The translations under genes and the position numbers were made by a program. Below, piece after piece: positions 1 to 8,744 of a stretch of 48,680 bases of DNA (position 1 is its first letter; each line of letters starts with the position of its first letter). The stretch comes from Armatimonadota bacterium (GTDB taxonomy: Bacteria > Vulcanimicrobiota > JACPDS01 > JBDRKI01), in assembly GCA_043814095.1 (NCBI GenBank), contig JBDRKI010000069.1, positions 1-48,680 of the forward strand. The letters are read 5' to 3'. The notes under the pieces were generated by a model. The model was not told where the DNA came from. It ran no database searches and saw nothing but the letters and a program-made list of their open reading frames with translations.

Positions 1-1258
1 GGGGGTTATGTTTAATCTGGATAAGCTTTTTTTCCGTTTCAAACCTTTCTTTTTCGTTGTATTTTACGTCCGGCAGGTCCATGTAAAGGGTTAAAGTGGC
101 CGAGGCGTAAGAAGGAGGCTTTATTTTATAATATTTTTGAATAATTTCATCGGTTATGACATCATATTTTGCCCCGCCAACCCCGTGAAGGAAAAGGTCG
201 GACACAAAAGTTCTGAAGTACATCATAAGAGTTACCGCTTTAAAGATTATCCTGTATTCCGAATTTTTTAATATTTCTATGCTGGAATCATTGTTCCGGG
301 ATAGCTTTAATATTTTTTCGTTTTTAGCGTACAGGCTGTTTTTGCTCTTATCATACCAGAGACCCGCGCGCTGGCCGCCGGGCAGTATAACCCAGAACGG
401 CAGTTCATACAAGTTGTCATGCAGGCGCAGGCTGGGGAAGGGGTTCGCGTCTGATCTTATAGAATGCGCTTCCCTGTAATTATAGAGAACATCGTTGTAT
501 ATAAGGTTGAATACGTCAATTTTATTTAATATATCAAGGAAAAAGGCAAGGAAGCTTTCGTGCCCGCTTATTATGCTTGCCGGGAGTTCAAGATAATTTC
601 TGTCTCCTTCAAAATGCCTTCTTGAAAGGGATATGAATTCGGAGAGATTTTTAGAAACTCCAAAAGCGTATTTCGCGCTTTCTCTATAGTGTTCAAAATT
701 TTTTAAGGGCTTGTCCCCGGGAAGAGTTTTTAATAATGCTTTTATTTGAGAGTAAAAACATTCCCATAAGTTTCCGGTCGGAGGGGCAAGCATGTAAGAA
801 ACATTTGCGCAGAAAGGAACGTTAAAGGGTATGTTTTTTTTATGCAGATTACCGGATTTAACGTAGGGAACAGAGAATGATTCCTGGCACCCTTCTTCAT
901 AATCAAGCCAGATATTTAATCCTGTGATATTATCGTTTTTCGAATATTCATTTATAAGGAAATTTTTTATCCATACCCCGGGGTGATAGAATGTTGCCTG
1001 GTGACCCGTGGTAAAGACGTAGGAGTTAAAATCTTTTTCTTTTAATTTTATATTTTTTTCCCTGCAGAAAGAATAAGCGGAAGTTAATATATCTTTTTTT
1101 ACGGCATCCTTAAATTTAGGAGCTTCTGTACCGCAGACATTGAAATTCCAGGCAAGCCGGTCAATCATGCTTTTATTGGCCATGCTAAGCCATTCTTTGT
1201 ATTTCGGTTTGCACAGATACACTTTATTTTTCTTCGGTATTATATAATCAAAGCTCAT
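1..1258 (-). CDS. Uncharacterised BshC-like protein (possible cysteine ligase); C-terminus runs off the window edge
   Basis: Not in ORF track, consistent with no stop inside the window. ATG at 1258 overlaps the bshB1 stop (ATGA). Hand-translated segments: MSFDYIIPKKNKVYLC..., TTGHQATFYHPGVWIKNF, YELPFW, and in the same frame VSDLFLHGVGGAKYDVITDEII. BshC likeness is inferred from motifs and context. Confidence 0.6.
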   Translation of the reverse strand, partial: MSFDYIIPKKNKVYLCKPKYKEWLSMANKSMIDRLAWNFNVCGTEAPKFKDAVKKDILTSAYSFCREKNIKLKEKDFNSYVFTTGHQATFYHPGVWIKNFLINEYSKNDNITGLNIWLDYEEGCQESFSVPYVKSGNLHKKNIPFNVPFCANVSYMLAPPTGNLWECFYSQIKALLKTLPGDKPLKNFEHYRESAKYAFGVSKNLSEFISLSRRHFEGDRNYLELPASIISGHESFLAFFLDILNKIDVFNLIYNDVLYNYREAHSIRSDANPFPSLRLHDNLYELPFWVILPGGQRAGLWYDKSKNSLYAKNEKILKLSRNNDSSIEILKNSEYRIIFKAVTLMMYFRTFVSDLFLHGVGGAKYDVITDEIIQKYYKIKPPSYASATLTLYMDLPDVKYNEKERFETEKKLIQIKHNP

Positions 1259-1941
1259 AGTATTAAACCTTTTAGTTTTTCTATTCCTATCTCTTCCTTG
1301 CAGAGAAATATTTCACCGTATTTACGCCTTATCATAAGCCCGTATATATGGTTCAATGCGTTAATTTTGTCAAAAACTTCCAGGTTCCCTCTTTTTTTAT
1401 TAAACTGCGATTTATAAACTTTTACTGCTTTAAGCTTCTGTTCGTGATATTTAGAGGTATCCACGATAAAAGAAGGCTTTACCATCATCCTTAAATGGGT
1501 GCTGAAGTAATAAAATATTTTTGAAGGATAATGGGGATCGCCTGTAAGGGTTGTTTTTGTAAGTTTGGAATAAAATCTTGCCGCATCGGCGATCTGCGAA
1601 GCGGCAACATGATCCGGATGAGCGTCATGCCAGTAAGGTATGAATAAAGCGGATGGTTTTAACTTCCTGTAAACATTGGCTACTTTTTTCCTTGCCGGTA
1701 TTGAATCTTCCAGGAACCGGTTTGGCAGGTCCAGCGTAATCCTTGTTTTGACTTTTAAAAGCTTTGCCGCTTCTTTGCTTTCATCAATTCGGAGTTTAGG
1801 GTTCCCGGTAGGGGTGGGCTCCCCGTCCGTAAGATCAAGTATCCCCACCCTAAATCCTTCATCGGCCATTTTTAATATGGTGGCGCCCATCCCGATTTCG
1901 GCATCGTCCGGATGCGCCGAGACAACAAGTATATCTAGCAT
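1255..1941 (-). CDS. bshB1: Bacillithiol-type N-acetylglucosaminide deacetylase (PIG-L/LmbE family)
   Basis: AHPDDAE and HPDH Zn motifs, LTDGE, KVYKSQF, YGE; SD GAAGGAG upstream. Confidence 0.85.
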   Translation of the reverse strand: MLDILVVSAHPDDAEIGMGATILKMADEGFRVGILDLTDGEPTPTGNPKLRIDESKEAAKLLKVKTRITLDLPNRFLEDSIPARKKVANVYRKLKPSALFIPYWHDAHPDHVAASQIADAARFYSKLTKTTLTGDPHYPSKIFYYFSTHLRMMVKPSFIVDTSKYHEQKLKAVKVYKSQFNKKRGNLEVFDKINALNHIYGLMIRRKYGEIFLCKEEIGIEKLKGLIL

Positions 1942-1942
1942 T

Positions 1943-2644
1943 TTAACTCCTTCGTTTTATTTGTTTATCTTTCTTAATTATCTTAAGATAGCAATTCAAT
2001 CTGTAATCGGAGTTTTTTATCTTTCCGGTAAAATCCCTGCGGTCTTTTATGTAAATCAGGCTTACGGGTATTTCCTTGAGGGTGAATTTGTTTTTATACG
2101 CCTGGATCCAGAACTCCACGGGGAAGCCGTATCCTTTTTCTGTCAGTTCCAGCTTTTTTAAGAATTTTACTTTATATGCCTTAAAGCCGCAGAAGCTGTC
2201 AGTAATCTTATAGCCGGTTATTTTATTTATTATGCCGGTTATTTTTTTATTTATTTTCTCTCTTTCCCCCGGCGCGCCCGAGATAACTGGAGATCTTTTA
2301 TGGTAGCGCGAGCCCGAGACTACATCGTATTTTTTCATGTGTTTTACAAACTCTTTTATATACTTTGTTTCATGCTGGAGGTCAGCGTCCATTTTTATAA
2401 GGTAATCGTAATTATGTTTTACGGCATAATTAAATATATCCCTTACGGTTTGTCCGTATCCTTTCCTTTTCTTATGCCTTTTTATAATAATGTCTTTAAG
2501 GCTTTTAACCGTCTTTAATGTACCGTCGGTTGAGCCGTCGTCATAAATTAAGATATCATAACCGCACGCCTGTTTTACGCAGTTTATGACAAGCGCTACG
2601 GTATTTTCTTCGTTATATGTCGGTATGGCTATCAGTATTTTCAT
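1943..2644 (-). CDS. Glycosyltransferase family 2 (DPM-synthase-like)
   Basis: IPTYNE, DDGSTD, DADLQH, VSGSRY, TDSFCGFK. Start set at ATG 2644, which overlaps the upstream TGA. Confidence 0.9.
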   Translation of the reverse strand: MKILIAIPTYNEENTVALVINCVKQACGYDILIYDDGSTDGTLKTVKSLKDIIIKRHKKRKGYGQTVRDIFNYAVKHNYDYLIKMDADLQHETKYIKEFVKHMKKYDVVSGSRYHKRSPVISGAPGEREKINKKITGIINKITGYKITDSFCGFKAYKVKFLKKLELTEKGYGFPVEFWIQAYKNKFTLKEIPVSLIYIKDRRDFTGKIKNSDYRLNCYLKIIKKDKQIKRRS

Positions 2645-3120
2645 GATTGTTTTTTTGCAAGAACCAGCCTGCAGCATTTGTCTCCGGCGCCGATTAAGCT
2701 TTCAAATTTTAATTTTAATCCGTTCGGCTCAAATGTGCCGAAATCAATCTCTCTTGCCGCATCGCAGAGTGTTTTAATTTTCTTTTTAGAAAGTCCGAGC
2801 TCTTTCCATGCTTTTACAAGCGGGCACGAGCTCATTGTTAAAACGGCGTTTTTCTCATCCGCCCTTATTTTTTTTGATTTAAATACGGTATTGTCCCCCG
2901 GGGATGTTTTTACGAAAGTATCCGCCAGGATTCTTAAGTCATTTCTGTATTTGAAATATTTTTTGCTTTTATCTTCCCCTCTCCTGTAAGCGGCTTTTGC
3001 GAGTATCTCTTTTGCCGTTTTTTCACCGTACTTTTTTCTTGTTTCCTCAAAAACATAGTAATACATTACAGCCCTGTCTTTTATTGCGCTTTCAATCTGA
3101 GAAAAGTATTTTTTCTTCAT
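2641..3120 (-). CDS. L-2-amino-thiazoline-4-carboxylic acid hydrolase-like (V4R-like) protein
   Basis: CPL..AW..LG, LCDAAREIDFG and GDKCC pattern; SD AGGAGG. Confidence 0.7.
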   Translation of the reverse strand: MKKKYFSQIESAIKDRAVMYYYVFEETRKKYGEKTAKEILAKAAYRRGEDKSKKYFKYRNDLRILADTFVKTSPGDNTVFKSKKIRADEKNAVLTMSSCPLVKAWKELGLSKKKIKTLCDAAREIDFGTFEPNGLKLKFESLIGAGDKCCRLVLAKKQS

Positions 3121-3132
3121 CTTAAATCCTCC

Positions 3133-4458
3133 TTAAAAACACAGAAATATATATCTTGCCAGAAATATCCCCCCTAGTATATACATAAGTATGCTGACCT
3201 GCCTGCCCCTGCCGGAAAACAGCTTTACCAGGGGGTATGTTATAAATCCGAATGCCATGCCGTCAACAATACTGTACGTAAACGGCATCCCCGCTATGGT
3301 TAAAAAAGCAGGTATAGCGTCAGTTGAGTCTTCCCATTTTATCTTTGTGATATTTAACATCATCATTGATCCCACAAGAATAAGGACGGGCGCTATTACC
3401 GGCTGTATAATCATATCTCCTACGGGCACCCCGCCGCTTATCATTTTTATTATCGGCATAAAGAAAAGCGCGGCAATAAAAAGAATTCCGGTAATCATGT
3501 TGGCAAGCCCCGTGCGCGCGCCTTCCGCGACGCCCGTCGAACTTTCTATATAGCTTGAAACCGTTGATGTGCCGACAAGCGACCCGAATATGGTGCCTGC
3601 CGCGTCTGAGATTAAGGCCTTGTTTATGCGGGGAAGCTTCCCGTCTTTAAGAAGGCCGGCTTGCGTGCTTACGCCTATTAAAGTTCCGATTGTGTCAAAT
3701 ATAAGCATAAAGAGAAACGCGAAAGATATTATTACCAGCTCATAACTGTGAAAAACGGATTTAACATCAAGCTTTAAAAAAGTGGGATCCAGGGAAGGAG
3801 GCATGGATGCTATTCCATGGAAAACAACAAGCTTTGTAATTAACCCTATAACTGTTGTTGCAAGCATACCCCATAAGAACGCACCTTTTACTTTTTTTGC
3901 TACCAGTATAGAAGTAAATAGAAGCCCGAAGATGCTTAAAAGGATAGCAGGTTCTTTAAAATTGCCCAGCTTAACAAGGGTTGCTTCGCTGTTTGCTATT
4001 ATGCCGCTTAACTGCAGTCCAATGAATGTAATAAATAAACCTATCCCGCAGGCTATGGAATATTTTAAAGTATCGGGTACGGCATTAATAATAAGTTCTC
4101 TTACATGCGCGAATGTAAGGATAAGGAAGATTATGCCGGATACAAAAACGGCGCCGAGCGCCGCCTGCCAGGATATGCCCATGCCTATGACTACGGTAAA
4201 AACAAAAAAGGCGTTCTCCCCCATGAGGGGCGCCTGGCATATGGGATAATTCGCGTAAAGCCCCATTATGAAAGTGGCAAGAGCCGCAGAGAGGCAGGTT
4301 GCCACCATGACCGCGCCGAAATCCATGCCGGCCTGATTCAACAGGGCGGGTTGAACAAATATTATATAGGACATGGTCATGAATGTGACAATGCCCCCTC
4401 GGACCTCGTTCTGGATCGTGGTATTATTTTCTTTTAATCGGAATATTTTATCCAGCAT
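3133..4458 (-). CDS. NCS2/AzgA-type purine (guanine/hypoxanthine) permease
   Basis: TFMTMSYIIFVQP, APLMGENAFF, FDTIGTL, YIESSTGVAEGARTGL; many TM helices; ATG 4458 with SD GGAGGG. Confidence 0.92.
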   Translation of the reverse strand: MLDKIFRLKENNTTIQNEVRGGIVTFMTMSYIIFVQPALLNQAGMDFGAVMVATCLSAALATFIMGLYANYPICQAPLMGENAFFVFTVVIGMGISWQAALGAVFVSGIIFLILTFAHVRELIINAVPDTLKYSIACGIGLFITFIGLQLSGIIANSEATLVKLGNFKEPAILLSIFGLLFTSILVAKKVKGAFLWGMLATTVIGLITKLVVFHGIASMPPSLDPTFLKLDVKSVFHSYELVIISFAFLFMLIFDTIGTLIGVSTQAGLLKDGKLPRINKALISDAAGTIFGSLVGTSTVSSYIESSTGVAEGARTGLANMITGILFIAALFFMPIIKMISGGVPVGDMIIQPVIAPVLILVGSMMMLNITKIKWEDSTDAIPAFLTIAGMPFTYSIVDGMAFGFITYPLVKLFSGRGRQVSILMYILGGIFLARYIFLCF

Positions 4459-4497
4459 TATTCCCTCCACAGCGCGAATATACCGGTAAAAAAGATT

Positions 4498-4523
4498 ATT
4501 CTATGAATATGGCCGGGTATCCT
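4498..4523 (-). promoter_or_regulatory. SigH-like promoter (AGGA-N18-GAAT) upstream of the permease operon
   Basis: Minus strand reads AAAGGA-TACCCGGCCATATTCATA-GAAT; the same pattern recurs before pilB and pilC. Confidence 0.4.
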
Positions 4524-4558
4524 TTGAAAATCCCTCGGGTTTTAACCCTTATTTTATG

Positions 4559-4587
4559 TTGACAAGCGGTAATTTGTTTGATATACT
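4559..4587 (+). promoter_or_regulatory. Sigma-70/A promoter of infC operon
   Basis: TTGACA (4559-4564), 17 bp spacer, TGn-TATACT (4582-4587). Confidence 0.85.
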
Positions 4588-4597
4588 TGCATAAGAT

Positions 4598-4715
4598 TTA
4601 AGCAGAAGCGCACCGCTTCTCACCTTATAACGCGTAAGGCTGTTGATAAGGTAGCAGTTTTTTAAAACTGATTGTTTGATTAAAATAAAAGCGGTGAACT
4701 TCTCATCGCTTTTTT
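4598..4715 (+). ncRNA. L20 leader (ribosomal protein leader) with attenuator hairpin
   Basis: AGAAGCG-CAC-CGCTTCT followed by CACCTTAT...ATAAGGT, then hairpin AAAGCGGTGA/TCATCGCTTT plus T-run, directly upstream of infC-rpmI-rplT. Confidence 0.8.
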
Positions 4716-4749
4716 GTATATACGATACCTGTAAAGGGAGGTGGATTTT

Positions 4750-5259
4750 ATCAGCAAAGACTTAAAGATTAACCGACAGATAAGGGCCAGGGAAGTCAGG
4801 ATAATCACGGAAGACGGCGAACAGCTGGGCGTTATGCCGATTGCGGATGCCTTGAACATGGCGGACGAGCGCGGATACGATCTGGTAGAGGTTTCACCGA
4901 ATGCCGCGCCGCCAGTATGCAAGCTGATGGATTACGGCAAGTATAAATACGAACAGAGCAAGAAAGAAAAAGAGGCGAGATCCAAGCAAAAATTCGTTAA
5001 AGTTAAGGAAATAGAGATGAGGCCCAAAATTGAAGAGCATGACTTCCAGGTAAAGCTCAAAAGGATTTTGGAGTTTCTAAAAGACGGTGATAAGGTTAAA
5101 GTTTCCATATTTTTCAGGGGAAGAGAAGTAGTTTACAAGGATCTGGGCAGAAAAATAATGGACAGGGTAAGGGAAGCCGTAGCGGACTGCGGGGCATTTG
5201 AAAAGGAACCCAAGATGGAAGGCAAAAGAATGTTTACGATTATTTCGTCTAAATCATAG
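4750..5259 (+). CDS. infC: Translation initiation factor IF-3 (probable ATC start)
   Basis: INRQIRAREVRII, DLVEVSPNAAPPVCKLMDYGKYKYE, FFRGRE; SD GGAGGTG sits 6 nt before ATC at 4750. Confidence 0.95.
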   Translation: MSKDLKINRQIRAREVRIITEDGEQLGVMPIADALNMADERGYDLVEVSPNAAPPVCKLMDYGKYKYEQSKKEKEARSKQKFVKVKEIEMRPKIEEHDFQVKLKRILEFLKDGDKVKVSIFFRGREVVYKDLGRKIMDRVREAVADCGAFEKEPKMEGKRMFTIISSKS

Positions 5260-5322
5260 CCAGAGCAGGATTAATTAACATATTAACCAGCAAAATACGC
5301 TTATTTTAGGAGGTAAAGTATT

Positions 5323-5532
5323 ATGCCAAAGATGAAAACCAGAAAATCGCTTGCTAAAAGAGTCAGAGCTACCGGCACCGGCAAGGTAAGAAGATGCAAG
5401 ATGTTTTCAGGGTGCCACCATATTTTAGAGAAAAAGTCACCCAAGAGAAAAAGAGGTTTCAGGAAAACCGCTTTGATGTCCCCTTCTGATGTGAAGAGAA
5501 CCAAAAAAGCATTACCGTATCTCAGCAATTAA
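5323..5532 (+). CDS. rpmI: 50S ribosomal protein L35
   Basis: MPKMKTRKSLAKR, HILEKKSPKRKR; synteny. Confidence 0.96.
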   Translation: MPKMKTRKSLAKRVRATGTGKVRRCKMFSGCHHILEKKSPKRKRGFRKTALMSPSDVKRTKKALPYLSN

Positions 5533-5563
5533 CGGAAAATTAGAAGTAAAATAGGAGGAAATT

Positions 5564-5929
5564 ATGGCAAGAGTTAAAGGCGGAAAAATAGCTATAAAGA
5601 AAAAACGCAAATTGATGAAAGCTGCAAAAGGATACCGCGGCGCGAGATCAAGGCGTGTTAATTGCGCGCAGGAAGCGGTTTTGCACGCGATGGCTTATGC
5701 CACCAGAGACAGAAGGAATAAAAAGAGAGAATTCAGAGCGTTATGGATTACCCGTATTAATGCGGCGGCCAGATTCTATGATATTTCATACAGCAATCTT
5801 ATGAACGGTCTTAAGAAAGCCGGAGTTGATATTAACAGGAAAGTGCTCTCCGATATCGCCTATAATGACATAAAAGAGTTTAAGCCTTATGCTGATATAG
5901 CCAAGAAAGCTTTAAAAGTTAAAGATTAG
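5564..5929 (+). CDS. rplT: 50S ribosomal protein L20
   Basis: MARVKGG, AKGYRGARS, RDRRNKKREFRALWITRINAAAR. Confidence 0.98.
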   Translation: MARVKGGKIAIKKKRKLMKAAKGYRGARSRRVNCAQEAVLHAMAYATRDRRNKKREFRALWITRINAAARFYDISYSNLMNGLKKAGVDINRKVLSDIAYNDIKEFKPYADIAKKALKVKD

Positions 5930-6026
5930 AAAAGATTATTAAGCTAAATTTTATTAGTTTAATAAGATTTAACAAAATTTAAATTAATAAGACTTAATGC
6001 AAAGATAAAAAATCATAAAAATAAGG

Positions 6027-6060
6027 AAAATACCCCTGCAGAACATGCGGGGGTATTTTT
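6027..6060 (+). terminator. Intrinsic terminator after rplT
   Basis: AAAATACCCCTGCA-GAACA-TGCGGGGGTATTTTT. Confidence 0.85.
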
Positions 6061-6089
6061 ATTATCTTTTGTGCTGTTTGGAACATTAA

Positions 6090-6112
6090 AAAATACTCCA
6101 TTTGACCGATAT
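6090..6112 (+). promoter_or_regulatory. 23-bp upstream element, copy 1 (contains sigma-28-like CCGATAT)
   Basis: AAAATACTCCATTTGACCGATAT; 21/23 identical to 45839-45861. Confidence 0.5.
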
Positions 6113-6171
6113 TTTTTATATATTATTAATGTTAAAATTAAAGTGGGAAAAGAAAAGGGGGCTTACCGAAA

Positions 6172-6369
6172 ATGGACAGATGGGACATATTGAGCAGGAT
6201 AAATGATTTCGCGCAGAAACACCATATTCCTGTGAACAATGTAAAACAGAAGATAACCAAAGAAGTGGCCAGTGAGTTTTCCCGCTTGGAAGAGGACTCC
6301 TATCTGGACGAATCTGTTATTGAAAACGCCTTTGATAAAGTAATGAAAGACTTTATGGAAGGCGAATAA
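6172..6369 (+). CDS. Hypothetical protein (65 aa, acidic, helical)
   Basis: ORF with purine-rich upstream AAGGGGG; no family recognised. Confidence 0.6.
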   Translation: MDRWDILSRINDFAQKHHIPVNNVKQKITKEVASEFSRLEEDSYLDESVIENAFDKVMKDFMEGE

Positions 6370-6380
6370 ACGAGGTCGAT

Positions 6381-6686
6381 ATGCTGGATTTATTGAAACC
6401 ATTAAAGGGATTAAAAAAAGAAATGCTTATTCACGGCCCTAAAAAGGACGAGAATATATTAATTAATTTAAGAAAGGCTCCTAATATAGACTGTAAAGCA
6501 TTCTGCCATATGCTGAACATTCTTTACAGCAAAAAGAAGAATTACAAGCTAAATCCAAGGGAAGAAATCCAACTTTTTAAAGATCTTAAAGATGCGGGCA
6601 TAAACAAGAAAAAAATCAGCTTCAATGAACTAACCGACTACAGGGTGTATATCTTCAATAACAGGCACAAACTTCAGACTGCATAA
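6381..6686 (+). CDS. Hypothetical protein (101 aa, basic)
   Basis: SD GAGGT; 11 nt after the previous gene; no family recognised. Confidence 0.6.
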   Translation: MLDLLKPLKGLKKEMLIHGPKKDENILINLRKAPNIDCKAFCHMLNILYSKKKNYKLNPREEIQLFKDLKDAGINKKKISFNELTDYRVYIFNNRHKLQTA

Positions 6687-6733
6687 TACTAGAGAATTTT
6701 TGTTTTATAACCGTAATTCAGGTATGTTTTCTT

Positions 6734-7393
6734 TTATTTTTTATCTTTTTCTTCAAAAAGACTGTCAGGCAGATTCTGGTTAAATTTATAATTTGTATAA
6801 TTTGCTTTTGAGGTAGCGGTTAAATTTATCTTAGGGAACGCAAAAGAAGCTTCGATATCATTAAAAACCCAGTATCCGTCTTTCTGTATATAGTTCTGGT
6901 TTATGATTATTTCAGCTTCGGTATTATATAAAAATACCTGTTTTCTCATGATAAATTCTTTTTTGTCAATCCATATATTATGGCTTTTAAGGTCGCCCAT
7001 TGGCTGTTTCGGTATAAGCTCAAGTATATAGCAGGCGTTCCCGCCCGTATCTTCCTCCCCGGCTATCTTGGTATTAAATTCTTTTACTTCGGGAAGCACC
7101 CATGAAAATACCTGAGGGTATTTTTTTAAGAACGAGGGGGTCTTTTTCAAGTCTACTTTAAATTTATCCGGAGCTTTATAATAATATTTGCCCTGCAGGT
7201 TTATGGGTATGGGCACAAACGACCATTTGGCCTGTATTTTAATGTTAAGATCGGCCTGGCAGTCTTTCATGCCGGAATTTATTGACAGCGCTTTTTTATA
7301 GATTTCGTTAAAGGAAGGTCCCGCGTGGGAAGCATCTGAAAGAAAGACAAATGCGCAAATTATAAGCAACACTGTTATTATTTTATTTCTCAT
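6734..7393 (-). CDS. Exported LolA-like / outer-membrane lipoprotein-sorting family protein
   Basis: Signal peptide ending ASHA; YKAPDKFK, CYILELIPK, IWIDK, NYKFNQNLPDSLF. Confidence 0.75.
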   Translation of the reverse strand: MRNKIITVLLIICAFVFLSDASHAGPSFNEIYKKALSINSGMKDCQADLNIKIQAKWSFVPIPINLQGKYYYKAPDKFKVDLKKTPSFLKKYPQVFSWVLPEVKEFNTKIAGEEDTGGNACYILELIPKQPMGDLKSHNIWIDKKEFIMRKQVFLYNTEAEIIINQNYIQKDGYWVFNDIEASFAFPKINLTATSKANYTNYKFNQNLPDSLFEEKDKK

Positions 7394-7425
7394 AATGATT
7401 CACCTTTGGATATAAGTCGCAAATT

Positions 7426-7890
7426 TTATTTCTTTATTTCAGCGGATATCTCAAGCACCCCGTTTTTAAGCTCTGCTTTAAAATTCTTTGATTCTATAGG
7501 CATGCGCAAGGGTATGTTTTTAAGATACATGCCAAGTTTTCTTTCGTTAAGGTGAAATTTTTTCTCGTCAATATTTACCTTCCGTCCGCTTTCAGCCGTA
7601 AGGATCAGGTAATTATCCGTTATATGGAAGCGTATATCGTCTTTCTCAATTCCGGGGAGTTCTATCTCTATATAGTATTTGTTGTTATGGGAGTATGTTG
7701 CTGATTTAGGGTGGAGCAGGGCGTCTTTTTTTAAGGATGCCTTGTTTGTGAAGATCTCGCTGAAGAGTTCGTCAACGGAGAGCTTCAGCGTTATTAGGGG
7801 GAGCATGGGGTCAAACCCCCATTTAAAATTTTTAACTTTCGGAAGTTCTTTTTTTGTTCTTTCTTTTTTCGTTAAATTTTTTGATGCCAT
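7426..7890 (-). CDS. Small heat shock protein (Hsp20/alpha-crystallin)
   Basis: EIELPGIEKDDI, ERKLG, AELKNGVLEI. Confidence 0.88.
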   Translation of the reverse strand: MASKNLTKKERTKKELPKVKNFKWGFDPMLPLITLKLSVDELFSEIFTNKASLKKDALLHPKSATYSHNNKYYIEIELPGIEKDDIRFHITDNYLILTAESGRKVNIDEKKFHLNERKLGMYLKNIPLRMPIESKNFKAELKNGVLEISAEIKK

Positions 7891-7909
7891 AGTTACCTCT
7901 TTAAAATTA

Positions 7910-8587
7910 TTATATTTCCCGGCCTTTGTATTCTTTGATTTTCATTAAAGTCTTATTCTCTGCTTTCATCCGGGACTGTGGCGTCTTAACTTCGCTTATG
8001 CTGTTTAATATAGATTTTATCAATATGCCCTCATTGTAAGCGAAGTATACCCCCCCGCTTATATCAAAGCTCTGGGTCATGCCCGGTTTAAGCTCAAAAC
8101 TTGTAAAAGGGCAGGATACTTTAATATACGCGCAGTCAAAACCGTCTATGTTTTCTTCTTTTTCAAAGGTATAGGTATAGGTGATTACTATGGGTTCTTC
8201 CCTGCCGGGGAAGCGCAGGTTTACCTGTGAAGCCCAGCTGTCTCCCACGTTTATGGGGTTTTTGGGGAAGGACTGCTGGGAGAATTGAGCCTGCGCCTGA
8301 TCGGCTATAACCTCTCCGTTTTTCTTAAATCTCGCGATAGTGGGTTTTTCTATTGCAGGAAGCTCTTCTTCCGCGTCCTGTCTTACTAAAGAGCCTGATT
8401 CTATAAATATTTCAAGACGGTAGATATCATTTGAGAAATCTTTAACTTCCTGGCGGATATTCATAATAACTTTCTGATCCTGCGAAGTTGTGTTGGCGCC
8501 TATGACTGTTTCCTGTTTGGTTTCCACGCTTGACTGGTATTTTAAAACATCTCCAGGTGTAAATTTATATTCCAGTAAAATGCTCAT
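7910..8587 (-). CDS. Hypothetical beta-rich protein (possibly DUF6263-like)
   Basis: FPKNPINVGDSW motif; SD GGAGG; no signal peptide. Confidence 0.55.
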   Translation of the reverse strand: MSILLEYKFTPGDVLKYQSSVETKQETVIGANTTSQDQKVIMNIRQEVKDFSNDIYRLEIFIESGSLVRQDAEEELPAIEKPTIARFKKNGEVIADQAQAQFSQQSFPKNPINVGDSWASQVNLRFPGREEPIVITYTYTFEKEENIDGFDCAYIKVSCPFTSFELKPGMTQSFDISGGVYFAYNEGILIKSILNSISEVKTPQSRMKAENKTLMKIKEYKGREI

Positions 8588-8744
8588 GCAATCCTCCGCA
8601 AATATAATAAGGTAATGGCTGATTATATAAATACAGCCGTAAAGTAGTTATTATTAAAAAATAATAATTTTCCTGCTTTTGAAAAAGGTAGATTTGCATA
8701 TTTATGAGAATACCATAAGCATAATATTATTTTGAGAGGTAGAT

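Noticed and set aside
279-479. 66-aa plus-strand ORF
   Set aside because: Lies antisense within the long minus-strand ORF 1258 to <1.
5959-5997. TTAATAAGA(T/C)TTAA direct repeat after rplT
   Set aside because: Only two copies in extremely AT-rich 3' UTR sequence; could be chance.
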